A DNA stretch of 53,359 nucleotides from an uncultured Candidatus Hydrogenedens sp. (lineage in GTDB: Bacteria; Myxococcota; UBA4151), in the NCBI GenBank assembly GCA_902574205.1, contig CACGMS010000004.1, positions 1-53,359 of the forward strand. Direction: 5' to 3'. The notes under the pieces are model-generated. The model worked only from the letters and a program-made list of their open reading frames with translations, was not told the DNA's origin and searched no databases. Shown here in pieces: positions 10,422 to 19,153 of this stretch; within the stretch, counting starts at the first letter, position 1; each line of letters opens with the position of its first letter. The position numbers and the translations under genes are program-made.

Positions 10422-10877
10422 CTAGCCTCGACCGGTACTGCCAAATCCACCTGCTCCACGCTGCGTCTGGTCAAGGTCTTCAACGCATCCAAACTGGGCC
10501 TGCACGACGGGCGCAATGACCAGTTGAGCAATTCGGTCACCACGCTCGATCCGCACAACTTCTCGACCACCATTTTGCATAATGACACCGACCTCGCCGC
10601 GATAGTCGCTGTCAATAGTACCCGGGCCATTAGGTAAATAAAGACCATGACGCAGAGCCAAGCCAGAACGCGACCGAACCTGGGCCTCAAAACCCAAAGG
10701 CACCGCAATAGCGATGCCACTTGGGATAAGAACGCGGTCCCCCGGCTTCAGTTCCATGGTCTCATCAATGGCGGCACGAAGATCAGCACCAGCGGCGCCA
10801 ACGCTTCCATAAGTCGGCACGAAGCGATCGTCCCCGCGCGCCGACTCTAACAAAACAATGTTTATATTTGGGCTCAT
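10422..10877 (-). CDS. dut: dUTP diphosphatase
   Basis: AGADLRA, RSRSGLA, PGTIDSDYRGE, GDRIAQLV and RGAGGFGSTG: all five dUTPase motifs. Confidence 0.97.
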   Translation of the reverse strand: MSPNINIVLLESARGDDRFVPTYGSVGAAGADLRAAIDETMELKPGDRVLIPSGIAIAVPLGFEAQVRSRSGLALRHGLYLPNGPGTIDSDYRGEVGVIMQNGGREVVRIERGDRIAQLVIAPVVQAQFGCVEDLDQTQRGAGGFGSTGRG

Positions 10878-10895
10878 AAACGCCCAATGGTCCGA

Positions 10896-11555
10896 TCAGT
10901 AGTCGTCGTCAAGGTCATCGAGTTGAGCAATCAACTCGGGATGGATCGCTATCGCGGTCTGACTCAGATCAACCTCGGGCTCGACCTTGCTAAAAGTGGG
11001 CAACTCTGTCGCTGCAGCAAGTGGACGGACTCGAGGCGGACGAATCACAGGTGGACGAAGTCGAGGAGGCCTCGCCATCGGCGCATCCACTGCGAGGCGC
11101 TCACCAGTATGCCCGTCTCGACTGGGAGCAGGCAAACCGGTCGCTGGCTTCATGACCTCGGTATCGACGGCGCTCGGCACCTGAGTCACCGGCAGCGCCG
11201 CTTGCATCGTCTCAGTCGGACTCGTAGCTGGCTGCGCCACACTCGAGATACCGAATCGCTCGAGCAGTCGCTTACCCACGTACGGGCCAAAATGGAGGTG
11301 CGCCATGATCATGACCACCTGGTGTAAAGCCGCTGGATCTTGAATATCCAATCGCAGACCACGCCCACCCGGATCCAAACCCAGCGAACGACCGCTGACG
11401 ACCAGCGGCTGATCCCCATCAGGCCACACCAATTCGAGGCGCACATCGGTGCCTAGCGGCAACGACGGCGCCCCAGGAATGACGCAGTCGTCCTGGCATA
11501 GATAGGTCAACGCAGTGTGCAGCAATCCGTTGAGACCGCTAAACTCAAGTTTCAT
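10896..11555 (-). CDS. Hypothetical protein, N-terminal PilZ-like beta domain + Pro-rich tail
   Basis: LPLGTDVRLELVWP...V.G....GLRL pattern typical of degenerate PilZ folds. Confidence 0.45.
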   Translation of the reverse strand: MKLEFSGLNGLLHTALTYLCQDDCVIPGAPSLPLGTDVRLELVWPDGDQPLVVSGRSLGLDPGGRGLRLDIQDPAALHQVVMIMAHLHFGPYVGKRLLERFGISSVAQPATSPTETMQAALPVTQVPSAVDTEVMKPATGLPAPSRDGHTGERLAVDAPMARPPRLRPPVIRPPRVRPLAAATELPTFSKVEPEVDLSQTAIAIHPELIAQLDDLDDDY

Positions 11556-11650
11556 GACTTCTCCACTCCTATGGTGACGTAGTCAGCGCTCAGGTCAAGT
11601 TCGGTGCCATAAGGGTTGACGCTACGTGCTGATTTGAGGACGTCAAAGAC

Positions 11651-13810
11651 ATGAAGTTCCTCGGATCCAATCAAAGACTTCTGTTTTGGGGATTGGCTGT
11701 TCTCTTCAGCTTGGTTCTAGTGGCTCAAATTCCGGCGATGAGGCATTTGGGTTATCCGCTCGCTGTGTTGAGCACTGCGCCGGCTTGTCTCTTTGGTTTG
11801 ATCAGCGCTCGCCGTCCGCTTGCGCCATGGCTGGGTGCGCTTAGCGCCTGGATTGTTTTTGCGCTTGTTGTCGAGCCGATCTGGGGCTGTGATACGCTAG
11901 GCGGCTTGGCTTGGAGCGTGTTAGGACCGTTAACTGGCGCCTGTCTCGGCCTCGGTATTGGTCGCTGTTTGCAGCAATTCTTCAACCTGACGTCCTGGCG
12001 CTATGCATCCGCCTGTGTTCTGGTCGTCGCTGCCGATTTAGCCGCCCTGGGTTGGCGATTGTACGATCAACCTCAAGTGATGGTTCTTGACCCCTTTGTG
12101 GGTTATATACACGGACCTATCTACGATCACTGGGTACCGATCGAAGGTCCAGTTATCGTGGGGCGCCTGCTTACACTCGCGCTGGCCGCTGCCTTGATTC
12201 TATTGAGCGCTCGCCACTCCAGGCGACCGCTCGATTTTGCCCTCATCGGCTTGGTTCTTTTCACCTTAACGTACGATGTCTTACCCGACCGCAGCGATTT
12301 GCAGCGAGTCTTATCCCAGACGACAACAGGTAAGGGTGTCCTTATCCACTCGGCTCCCAATCAAGGGCGCCATGCGCAGCGCATTCGCGATGAGGCAGAA
12401 GCCCATATCGCGCACCTTTGTGCGCTCACACTCGGCACACCGACACCACCCATACCCGTCACCATCTGGCTCTATCCAGACGCCGACACCAAACGGAAGC
12501 TGATGGGCGCTGGCCACGTCCTGATCGCAAGGCCCTGGCAAAATGAAATCCACCTTCACCCCACTCGCCGGCCGGATCCTCACCTCCGTCACGAGCTTGT
12601 TCACGCCCTGCTGGCTCATCAGAGTAACAACTTCCTCGGCGTACCGCTCACTCCCCTTCCTCACCCAGCGCTGATCGAAGGTCTCGCCGTCTTTTTAGGT
12701 CCAGGCGACAGTAAACTCAGCGTTCACCAAGCGGCGGCGGCGCTGCATCGAAGGGGTCGTTTGCCGAGCATCGATCAACTCCTCGGCCTTCGCTTTAGTC
12801 TCGCTCAGGGACGAACGGCGTATCGAGCGGCTGGCAGTCTCATGAAATTTATCGCCGAAAAGCACGGACTCGAACGTCTGCTCAAAGCCTATCATGGCGG
12901 TAGTCTAGAGGCTGCTGGACTCGACAAAGCAGCGACGGCTAAGGCTTGGATTAGTCATCTAGAAAATACGCCTGAGCCACCTCATGCGCGCCGTAATCTT
13001 CTGCGTAACTATGCCCGGACACCCTTGATCAAAAAAGCCTGCCCTAACGAAGTTGAGGCGGCCTGGAGGCAGGCACAACGGCCTGGCAAACGAAGCGATC
13101 AAGATGTTGAGGCTGATTACCGCGCGGTCATGGCGCTATCCGGCAATTGTCGTCCCCTCGGCAGCCTCGCCGATCGCTTTCATCGCCAAGGTCAGTTTGA
13201 GGAGCGGCGAAGAATTGAAAATGAAATGCTTGAGCGCGGTATACCGAGCACACTCGCCGCCACTCTTTTTGAACGTCGAGCCGATGAAGCGATCAAAGGC
13301 GCCGACTGGCCGTCAGCCAAAGCGCATCTCAAGCGTGCGTTGGCGGCAGCGCCGGCAGAGCATCGTTACCGTGGTCTGCTCGTCAAAGCGCTCACCATTA
13401 ATCACTCAGAGACCATCGCCTTGATCGCCCCTTATCTCACCCGAGCGGATCACGCGCTGAAGGTACGCGATGGACTCATTAGTTCTTACGCAAGTCTCCC
13501 AGCGCCTGCTGCGGCTGCCGTCGCCTACTTGCTCATGCGCTACTACGGAAACCGCGGTCAGCGTGCGCAGATGGAGTCGTGGGGACTGCGCGCTCAGCCA
13601 CTGCCGCGCACGTTGGCGAAAGAGACCAAACGCTACCTTGCTCAGCAAGCAGAACGACATGGCAAACCATGCCTAGCGGCGACGCGCTGGCGCACGCTGA
13701 GTCAGGAACAAGCGGCGGTCGCCGATCGACTCGACGAACATCTCGCCCGCCTTCGTTTTCGATATCCCCAGTCGGATTGCATCATCCTTGCAAGCCCGCA
13801 GGCTCCGTGA
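11651..13810 (+). CDS. Multi-TM protein with gluzincin (peptidase MA-like) domain and helical/TPR-like C-terminus
   Basis: Several N-terminal TM helices; RHELVH (HExxH) followed by LIEGLA (third ligand E); AYRAAGSL. Confidence 0.75.
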   Translation: MKFLGSNQRLLFWGLAVLFSLVLVAQIPAMRHLGYPLAVLSTAPACLFGLISARRPLAPWLGALSAWIVFALVVEPIWGCDTLGGLAWSVLGPLTGACLGLGIGRCLQQFFNLTSWRYASACVLVVAADLAALGWRLYDQPQVMVLDPFVGYIHGPIYDHWVPIEGPVIVGRLLTLALAAALILLSARHSRRPLDFALIGLVLFTLTYDVLPDRSDLQRVLSQTTTGKGVLIHSAPNQGRHAQRIRDEAEAHIAHLCALTLGTPTPPIPVTIWLYPDADTKRKLMGAGHVLIARPWQNEIHLHPTRRPDPHLRHELVHALLAHQSNNFLGVPLTPLPHPALIEGLAVFLGPGDSKLSVHQAAAALHRRGRLPSIDQLLGLRFSLAQGRTAYRAAGSLMKFIAEKHGLERLLKAYHGGSLEAAGLDKAATAKAWISHLENTPEPPHARRNLLRNYARTPLIKKACPNEVEAAWRQAQRPGKRSDQDVEADYRAVMALSGNCRPLGSLADRFHRQGQFEERRRIENEMLERGIPSTLAATLFERRADEAIKGADWPSAKAHLKRALAAAPAEHRYRGLLVKALTINHSETIALIAPYLTRADHALKVRDGLISSYASLPAPAAAAVAYLLMRYYGNRGQRAQMESWGLRAQPLPRTLAKETKRYLAQQAERHGKPCLAATRWRTLSQEQAAVADRLDEHLARLRFRYPQSDCIILASPQAP

Positions 13811-13843
13811 CAAAGGAGCGCCGCATCAAGAGAGATAGCGGCC

Positions 13844-14311
13844 ATGAGCGAGTCGATCGATAGCCTAAAGCAGATCTTTAGCGACCACCCTGCGGGCCGA
13901 GCAGCTTTTCGCCCTTTGCGCAAAGGTACTCAAGTTGGTCTGCGCATTCACGGTGACGATCAAGAGTATCACTTTGAACGCACACCGGATGGCGCCTCCA
14001 TCAAGGAAGGTGCGGGTCCCCAAACCGACTTTGATCTGATTCTGGGCGTCAAAGCCGTGGAAGCAATTTGTCAGACTCAAGGTGAAAGCATTGGGGACTT
14101 TGGTGTGTCTTTCTTTCGCTGCCTGCTTAAATCAAGCGACGAGGAGCGCGTGCAAGTCAAACTTCACGCGGGCCTGATTGCGCTCACTCGGAACGGCTAC
14201 TTGAAGGTTCTCGCCATGGGTGGGCCTAAGGTGCTAGGATTCCTGTCCAAAGAGGGCTACATCGGGCCCCGTGGAATCGCAAAAGCGATTAGACGTTTAC
14301 GTTCCAAATAA
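13844..14311 (+). CDS. Hypothetical protein, possible SCP2-like fold
   Basis: 155-aa ORF in operon orientation; SIKEGAGPQTDFDLIL resembles SCP2 strands. Confidence 0.5.
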   Translation: MSESIDSLKQIFSDHPAGRAAFRPLRKGTQVGLRIHGDDQEYHFERTPDGASIKEGAGPQTDFDLILGVKAVEAICQTQGESIGDFGVSFFRCLLKSSDEERVQVKLHAGLIALTRNGYLKVLAMGGPKVLGFLSKEGYIGPRGIAKAIRRLRSK

Positions 14312-14334
14312 CCTGCGAACATCACGGAGATCTG

Positions 14335-14793
14335 ATGCGCGCTCTTTGCTCAATAACTCTTCTCGCTGGCCTAGCATGTGCGACGCCCCTCAAAGGTCAT
14401 CAGGTCGATGACAACAAACTCAATCGCGAAGTCGCTGCGGTGATCGATGCCTATATCGGCGCCATGCAAGCGCGTGACGCCGATCGGGTTTTGTCGCTGG
14501 TTTCAGATGATTACTTTGAGGATGGTGGCAACTCGGACACTAAAGACGATTACGGTCGTAAAGAACTCGCCACCAAACTCAAAGAGCGCTTTGAGCGAAC
14601 GACTGAGTTGATCATGAAAATCCAGCTCGTTGAGGTGATCAGTAAAGACAAAGCCCTTTTGGCTCGCATGCGCTTTGATGTTCGCTACCGACTCGACCTA
14701 CCTAGTGGCAGCCGCTGGGAACGGCATAACGACGTCAATGAGATCGTTCTTGTACGAGACGGCACGTCGCTCAAAATCAAGAGCGGTTTATAG
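14335..14793 (+). CDS. Lipoprotein with NTF2/SnoaL-like domain
   Basis: Lipobox LAC; IDAYIGAMQARDADRVLSLVSDDY helix pattern; C-terminal LKIKSGL. Confidence 0.75.
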   Translation: MRALCSITLLAGLACATPLKGHQVDDNKLNREVAAVIDAYIGAMQARDADRVLSLVSDDYFEDGGNSDTKDDYGRKELATKLKERFERTTELIMKIQLVEVISKDKALLARMRFDVRYRLDLPSGSRWERHNDVNEIVLVRDGTSLKIKSGL

Positions 14794-14797
14794 GTCG

Positions 14798-16519
14798 ATG
14801 CGCGCCAGTCGATTCTTGCTCCCGACCGCCAAAGAGGCGCCGGCGGACGCTACGGTTGCATCTCATGTTCTGATGATGCGCGCCGGCATGATTCGGCGCG
14901 TTGCTGCAGGAATTTATACCATCCTCCCGCTCGGTCTGCGCGTCTTACGCAAAGTCGAGCACATCGTGCGTGAAGAACTCGACCGCGTCGGCTGTTTAGA
15001 GGTCACCATGCCGATGGTGATCCCCGCAGAGCTTTGGGAGGAGTCTGGGCGTTGGGAGTTTTATGGTCCTGAGTTGTTGCGAGTCAAAGACCGTAAAGGC
15101 GGCGACTTCTGTTTAGGTCCAACGCATGAAGAGGTGATCACCACCTTGGCGGCGAGTGAGATCAAATCGTACCGACAACTGCCACTCAATCTGTATCAGG
15201 TGCAAACCAAGTTTCGTGACGAGATCAGGCCGCGCTTTGGTCTGATGCGCGGGCGCGAGTTCGTCATGAAAGACGCCTACTCCTTTGACCTCGACCCTGA
15301 CGGTGCTCGCGAGAGCTACTGGCAAATGCACGAAGCCTACAGCCGCATCTTTGCGCGTTGCGGCGTCACCTTTGCCCCGGTCGAGGCGGATACTGGCAAT
15401 ATTGGCGGTAGCTTGTCGCACGAATTCCAAGTGATCGCGGATACGGGTGAGGATGCCCTCGCCACCTGCACCAACTGTGGCTACGCAGCCAACGTTGAGA
15501 AGGCTCAAGTCGCAGGCCCGCCGCTGGCTGGATTGACGAGCGCCGGCGCTCGTCAGACGGTGTCGACGCCGAACGTGGGGACCATCGCTGACGTCAGCGC
15601 CTTGATGGGGGTCGACCCCAAGCAGTTTATCAAGGCTTTGGTCTTTGAGACCGAAGAGGAGCCGGTCATGGCGCTGATGCGCGGGGATCGCGACTTGAAC
15701 GAGCCAAAACTCAGGGTTCTGCTCGGTGTCGATGATCTTCGACCCGCCACGCCCGAAACCATTTTGCGAGTGGCAGGTGCTCCAGCTGGATTTATCGGTC
15801 CTGTAGGCATTGAGGGTACACGGATCATCGCCGATCATGAGGTGTTGGCTTTGAGCGAAGCAGTCTGCGGCGCCAACGCGGTCGATGAGCACCTCAAAGG
15901 CGTCGTGCCAGGACGTGATTTCACTGCAGAAGCTGCAGATCTTCGTATCGCCGAAGAAGGAGACGCCTGCGGGCGCTGCGGCGACAGCACCCTGAGCCTG
16001 CGTCGCGGTATTGAGGTCGGCCATATCTTTTATCTGGGCACCAAGTACTCCGAGGCGATGAAGGCGACTGTCCTTGATACCAACGGCAAAGCAACGCCTC
16101 TAGAGATGGGCTGTTACGGTATTGGCATTGGTCGCACTGCGGCGGCTTGTATTGAGCAAAACCACGACGAGAACGGCATCTGCTGGCCGGTGCCGCTGGC
16201 GCCCTTTGAGGTGCATCTGCTGGCACTGGGCAAACAAGACGAGGTCTTAGACGCCTGCACGGCGCTTTATGACCAGCTGCAAGACGCTGGCCTTGACGTC
16301 CTCTTTGATGACCGACCCGAGCGGCCGGGGTTCAAATTCAAAGACGCCGAGTTGGTGGGCATGCCGTGGCGCGTGGCGCTTGGTAAGCGGGGTCTTGAAA
16401 GCGGCATGGTCGAGGTTATGGAGCGAGCAAGCGGTGAGCGATTTGATGTGGCGAGTGACGAACTCGTCAGCTTTCTTAGCGAGCGTATTGTCCCGGCACG
16501 CCGAGGTGACTTAGCCTAG
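14798..16519 (+). CDS. proS: Proline--tRNA ligase (bacterial type, with INS editing domain)
   Basis: MRASRFLLPT start at 14798; LGPTHEE, FRDEIRPRFGLMRGREF, GIEVGHIF, MGCYGIG and anticodon-binding DDR..RPG.KF motifs. Confidence 0.98.
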   Translation: MRASRFLLPTAKEAPADATVASHVLMMRAGMIRRVAAGIYTILPLGLRVLRKVEHIVREELDRVGCLEVTMPMVIPAELWEESGRWEFYGPELLRVKDRKGGDFCLGPTHEEVITTLAASEIKSYRQLPLNLYQVQTKFRDEIRPRFGLMRGREFVMKDAYSFDLDPDGARESYWQMHEAYSRIFARCGVTFAPVEADTGNIGGSLSHEFQVIADTGEDALATCTNCGYAANVEKAQVAGPPLAGLTSAGARQTVSTPNVGTIADVSALMGVDPKQFIKALVFETEEEPVMALMRGDRDLNEPKLRVLLGVDDLRPATPETILRVAGAPAGFIGPVGIEGTRIIADHEVLALSEAVCGANAVDEHLKGVVPGRDFTAEAADLRIAEEGDACGRCGDSTLSLRRGIEVGHIFYLGTKYSEAMKATVLDTNGKATPLEMGCYGIGIGRTAAACIEQNHDENGICWPVPLAPFEVHLLALGKQDEVLDACTALYDQLQDAGLDVLFDDRPERPGFKFKDAELVGMPWRVALGKRGLESGMVEVMERASGERFDVASDELVSFLSERIVPARRGDLA

Positions 16520-16536
16520 ATCCCGATGAGGATCGT

Positions 16537-16986
16537 ATGAGCGCCGACGACGTCTTACGCACAGCCTTAGTTGTAGCCCTCGCTCTCGGTGCCTTTTATG
16601 CGCTGATCGGCGGTATATTGACGCGCGTCAGCGGGCGCTGGCGTGACGGCGATCGGGTCATCACGTTGCGCCAATTCGGGCCCTTCGTGAGCGGCCGAGC
16701 GACCCGCCCAGGCGGCTGGGAGCGCTACAGCGGCTTTGCCCTGTGGAACCGTGTGCGTATTCGGCGCAGCGACGGCGGGCGCGAGTATTTAGAAAGCTTA
16801 GGTTTTGCCGCCGAGGTGGCACCGCTTGTTGAAAACCAGATCATGGCGTCCTTTGATCTCAAGCTCAAAGGCGCCTTACTCACGGGCACATTCCAAGGAA
16901 GGATCGTTCGCTCCGAGCGACGACCGCCGCGCATTATCTCGGTCAGCCTGACGCCGGCTAAGCCGCGCACCTGGACACGCGCATGA
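16537..16986 (+). CDS. Hypothetical membrane-anchored protein
   Basis: N-terminal TM; ATGA overlap with the next gene. Confidence 0.6.
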   Translation: MSADDVLRTALVVALALGAFYALIGGILTRVSGRWRDGDRVITLRQFGPFVSGRATRPGGWERYSGFALWNRVRIRRSDGGREYLESLGFAAEVAPLVENQIMASFDLKLKGALLTGTFQGRIVRSERRPPRIISVSLTPAKPRTWTRA

Positions 16987-17801
16987 CGCGCTCCATCTTC
17001 TTTGGTATTCCCCACGGTGGCACGCGTATCCCGCCGAGCGTGGCACCCTTACTCCGCCCAGATATCGACGCACAGTTTGTCCTGAGCCAATCGGACGCCT
17101 ATTCCTTTGAACTCTTCTCAAACCTGGGGACCGACTACCATGCCTTGGAGTGGTCAAGGCTGGTGGTCGATGCCAACCGAACGCCGCGTAGTCGCCGCAG
17201 CAGCGGTCCGGTGCCGCTCGTTGATTTTGATAACCAGCCTTTGTTTATCAAGGGCAAGGAGCCGAGCGAGGAGCAGATCCTTGCACGAATCGGACGATGG
17301 CACGCCCCCTACCACGCCGAGGTCGCTCGTCGATTGGAGGAGGGCAACTATCGCTTGTTTATCGATGGTCACTCCATGGCAGCCACAGCGCCGGCGCGCA
17401 GCCCCGACCAACGTGGCGCACGGCCTCTAGCGATCTTGGGTAATGGCGGCGACGAAGACGGAGAGCTCGCCGCTGATGCGCGCACCTTGAGCTGTCCCCC
17501 AGCCTTCGCTCGCCAGGCGCTCAAGTTGCTCAAGCAAGCCTTTGATAATCATCCGGCGCCGCCAGCGCCTCATCTGGTCTCAAGCCATGGCGAGGTGATG
17601 CTCAACCGGATCTTTCGCGGCGGCTATGGCGTGTGCCACCATAGCAAACCAGAAATGGGGCGCTACGGATTGCAGCTCGAGCTCAACCAGGGCCTGTGGT
17701 GCGACCCCCACGATTTTTGCCTCGACTCTAGGCGCCTTGAGTGGATGCGAGAGGTGCTCAAACAATGGCTGAGCGAACTCGATGCGCTGCGCCGTGTATG
17801 A
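16983..17801 (+). CDS. N-formylglutamate amidohydrolase family protein
   Basis: PHGG, SRLVVDANR, PYH, IDGHSM, F.GGY and LQLELN motifs. Confidence 0.88.
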   Translation: MTRSIFFGIPHGGTRIPPSVAPLLRPDIDAQFVLSQSDAYSFELFSNLGTDYHALEWSRLVVDANRTPRSRRSSGPVPLVDFDNQPLFIKGKEPSEEQILARIGRWHAPYHAEVARRLEEGNYRLFIDGHSMAATAPARSPDQRGARPLAILGNGGDEDGELAADARTLSCPPAFARQALKLLKQAFDNHPAPPAPHLVSSHGEVMLNRIFRGGYGVCHHSKPEMGRYGLQLELNQGLWCDPHDFCLDSRRLEWMREVLKQWLSELDALRRV

Positions 17802-17849
17802 TCGCGCTTGCAACGAGCCCTTCTCGGCACTATCCACGCCCCTACTTGG

Positions 17850-17925
17850 GCCAACTTAGCTCAGTTGGCAGAGCAGCTCATTCGTAACGAGCAGGTCATC
17901 GGTTCAAATCCGATAGTTGGCTCCA
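17850..17925 (+). tRNA. tRNA-Thr(CGT)
   Basis: 76-nt cloverleaf: acceptor GCCAACT/AGTTGGC, D arm GCTC/GAGC, anticodon loop TT-CGT-AA, T loop TTCAAAT, encoded CCA. Confidence 0.96.
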
Positions 17926-17983
17926 AGAATAAGAAGGACTTACGGCTTACGCTGTGAGTCCTTTTTGTTTTGGGCTCCCTTTT
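17876..17983 (+). repeat. 108-bp direct repeat copy 1 (attL): tRNA 3' part + terminator + TGGGCTCCC motif
   Basis: Identical to 25253-25360 from GCTCATTCGTAACG to GGGCTCCCTTTT. Confidence 0.95.
17934..17971 (+). terminator. Intrinsic terminator after tRNA-Thr
   Basis: AAGGACTTACGGC-TTAC-GCTGTGAGTCCTT (13-bp stem with 2 G-U pairs) followed by TTTGTTTT; second copy at 25311-25348. Confidence 0.8.
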
Positions 17984-17991
17984 GGGCTCCC
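17971..17991 (+). repeat. Tandem TGGGCTCCC x2, candidate integrase arm-type sites (left end)
   Basis: TGGGCTCCC at 17971-17979 and 17983-17991; the same 9-mer recurs at 25105, 25116 and 25348. Confidence 0.65.
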
Positions 17992-18022
17992 TTTTTGAGG
18001 CGTCACACGATATTTTCTCGAG

Positions 18023-18925
18023 TTATTCGAAGCGCTCGCAAACGGCGTAGTGATCGACATTAATCGTCACGACTTCATATGCATCCATTCTAAAGGCAAA
18101 GCCTCCTGCCCTGCCACCTTCAGGTAGTAACAGTTGGTCACAAAGCACCCGCCTAACGCGATAGGGGGAGCGGGCTGTACGCCCAATTAGAACTGCGCTT
18201 CCAGTTGGGACGTTAGTATTCAAAGGCCGAAACCCGTCGTCACCATCAAACAGAACTTCGAGCCCTGTTTCTTCTTCGTCTTGATGATCGAACTGAATGC
18301 TCCCTTGGGACGCCCATGTCATGTTGAACTCACGCGCCGGTGAACCGCAGGAATTGTGATTACATTGGCTCCCACGGATCATGCCGGAACATTGATGAGA
18401 CACCAAACGGAAGCCTTCAGGGCACTCTAGGGAAAAGTAGTCTCCGCCAACCAAGGGCGGTCGGATACCACATGTTATACCTCCGCAACTCCCGGCTATG
18501 TTTTGACCAGCGCGCACTGCATCAACCAACGCATTATATGCCTGAACCGTTCGATAGCGCCCCGATTGTAATGTTTTTCTGACTACGATCTTTTCTCCCA
18601 CCGCCGGAGGCGGATCTTGTCGCAGTTGTTCAGCGGCCTCGCTAGCTGCAGCGGCTCGGCAATCTTGAGCGTCTATAACTCCGTCATCATTTTGGTCCAC
18701 AAGCCCGTCCCAGCAATTAGCACCTGGTTCTCCAGCGACACCGGGAGATCCTGGAGGACCTGGCTCCCCTTGGGGCCCTGGATCACCGGCTGGCCCCTCT
18801 TTTCCGGCTGGACCCGGTGGTCCGCGCATTCCATCATCACCATTGTTCCCTCCATTTGCCGGGGGAGAGCAAGCAACAGCGCTAAACGCAATTAAGCCAA
18901 GCCAGAACGTGCGATCAATCTTCAT
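18023..18925 (-). CDS. Collagen-like lipoprotein (element cargo)
   Basis: Lipobox AVAC; (Gly-X-Y)n tract GMRGPPGPAGKEGPAGDPGPQGEPGPPGSPGVAGEPG; NCWD..D.NDDGVIDAQDC; Cys-rich C-terminal domain. Confidence 0.8.
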   Translation of the reverse strand: MKIDRTFWLGLIAFSAVACSPPANGGNNGDDGMRGPPGPAGKEGPAGDPGPQGEPGPPGSPGVAGEPGANCWDGLVDQNDDGVIDAQDCRAAAASEAAEQLRQDPPPAVGEKIVVRKTLQSGRYRTVQAYNALVDAVRAGQNIAGSCGGITCGIRPPLVGGDYFSLECPEGFRLVSHQCSGMIRGSQCNHNSCGSPAREFNMTWASQGSIQFDHQDEEETGLEVLFDGDDGFRPLNTNVPTGSAVLIGRTARSPYRVRRVLCDQLLLPEGGRAGGFAFRMDAYEVVTINVDHYAVCERFE

Positions 18926-19008
18926 AAGTAATCACCCTGTCATCCAACAACCGTTACCGAGACATAATGCAATTCAATGGGAACAACCTAGCCCTTAGTA
19001 ATTTCCCA

Positions 19009-19072
19009 GAGCAAAACGGCACCGTGATGGTGCCATGATGCGGTTTGCGCTCGTCCAACTATCAATAGTCAC
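19009..19072 (+). repeat. 64-bp direct repeat copy 1 (copy 2 at 26283-26346)
   Basis: First 42 bp identical (GAGCAAAACGGCACCGTGATGGTGCCATGATGCGGTTTGCGC); 5 mismatches in the last 22 bp. Confidence 0.92.
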
Positions 19073-19153
19073 TGTGACCATCTCGCAGGCGCGTGCGCGC
19101 ACGCGGATCTGCGCCCGCGCGGCCACTATATGAGTTTACGACAGCGACTATCC
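19009..19153. other. Hairpin-rich non-coding segment, candidate rolling-circle origin / oriT
   Basis: GGCACC-5nt-GGTGCC hairpin; 16-bp palindrome CGCGTGCGCGCACGCG (19090-19105) nested in CGCAG/CTGCG; outer inverted repeat ATAGTCACTGT (19065) / ACAGCGACTAT (19141); abuts the rep stop codon. Confidence 0.5.

Noticed and set aside
14675-14797. N-terminal extension of ProS (similar cases: TatD 46962-47111, RluA 45422-45568)
   Set aside because: Artefacts of longest-ORF calling that overlap neighbouring genes; family-typical starts lie downstream.
15113-16024. 303-aa antisense ORF inside proS, and other long shadow ORFs such as 27608-28252
   Set aside because: Expected in high-GC coding DNA; no motifs, and fully overlapping confident genes.
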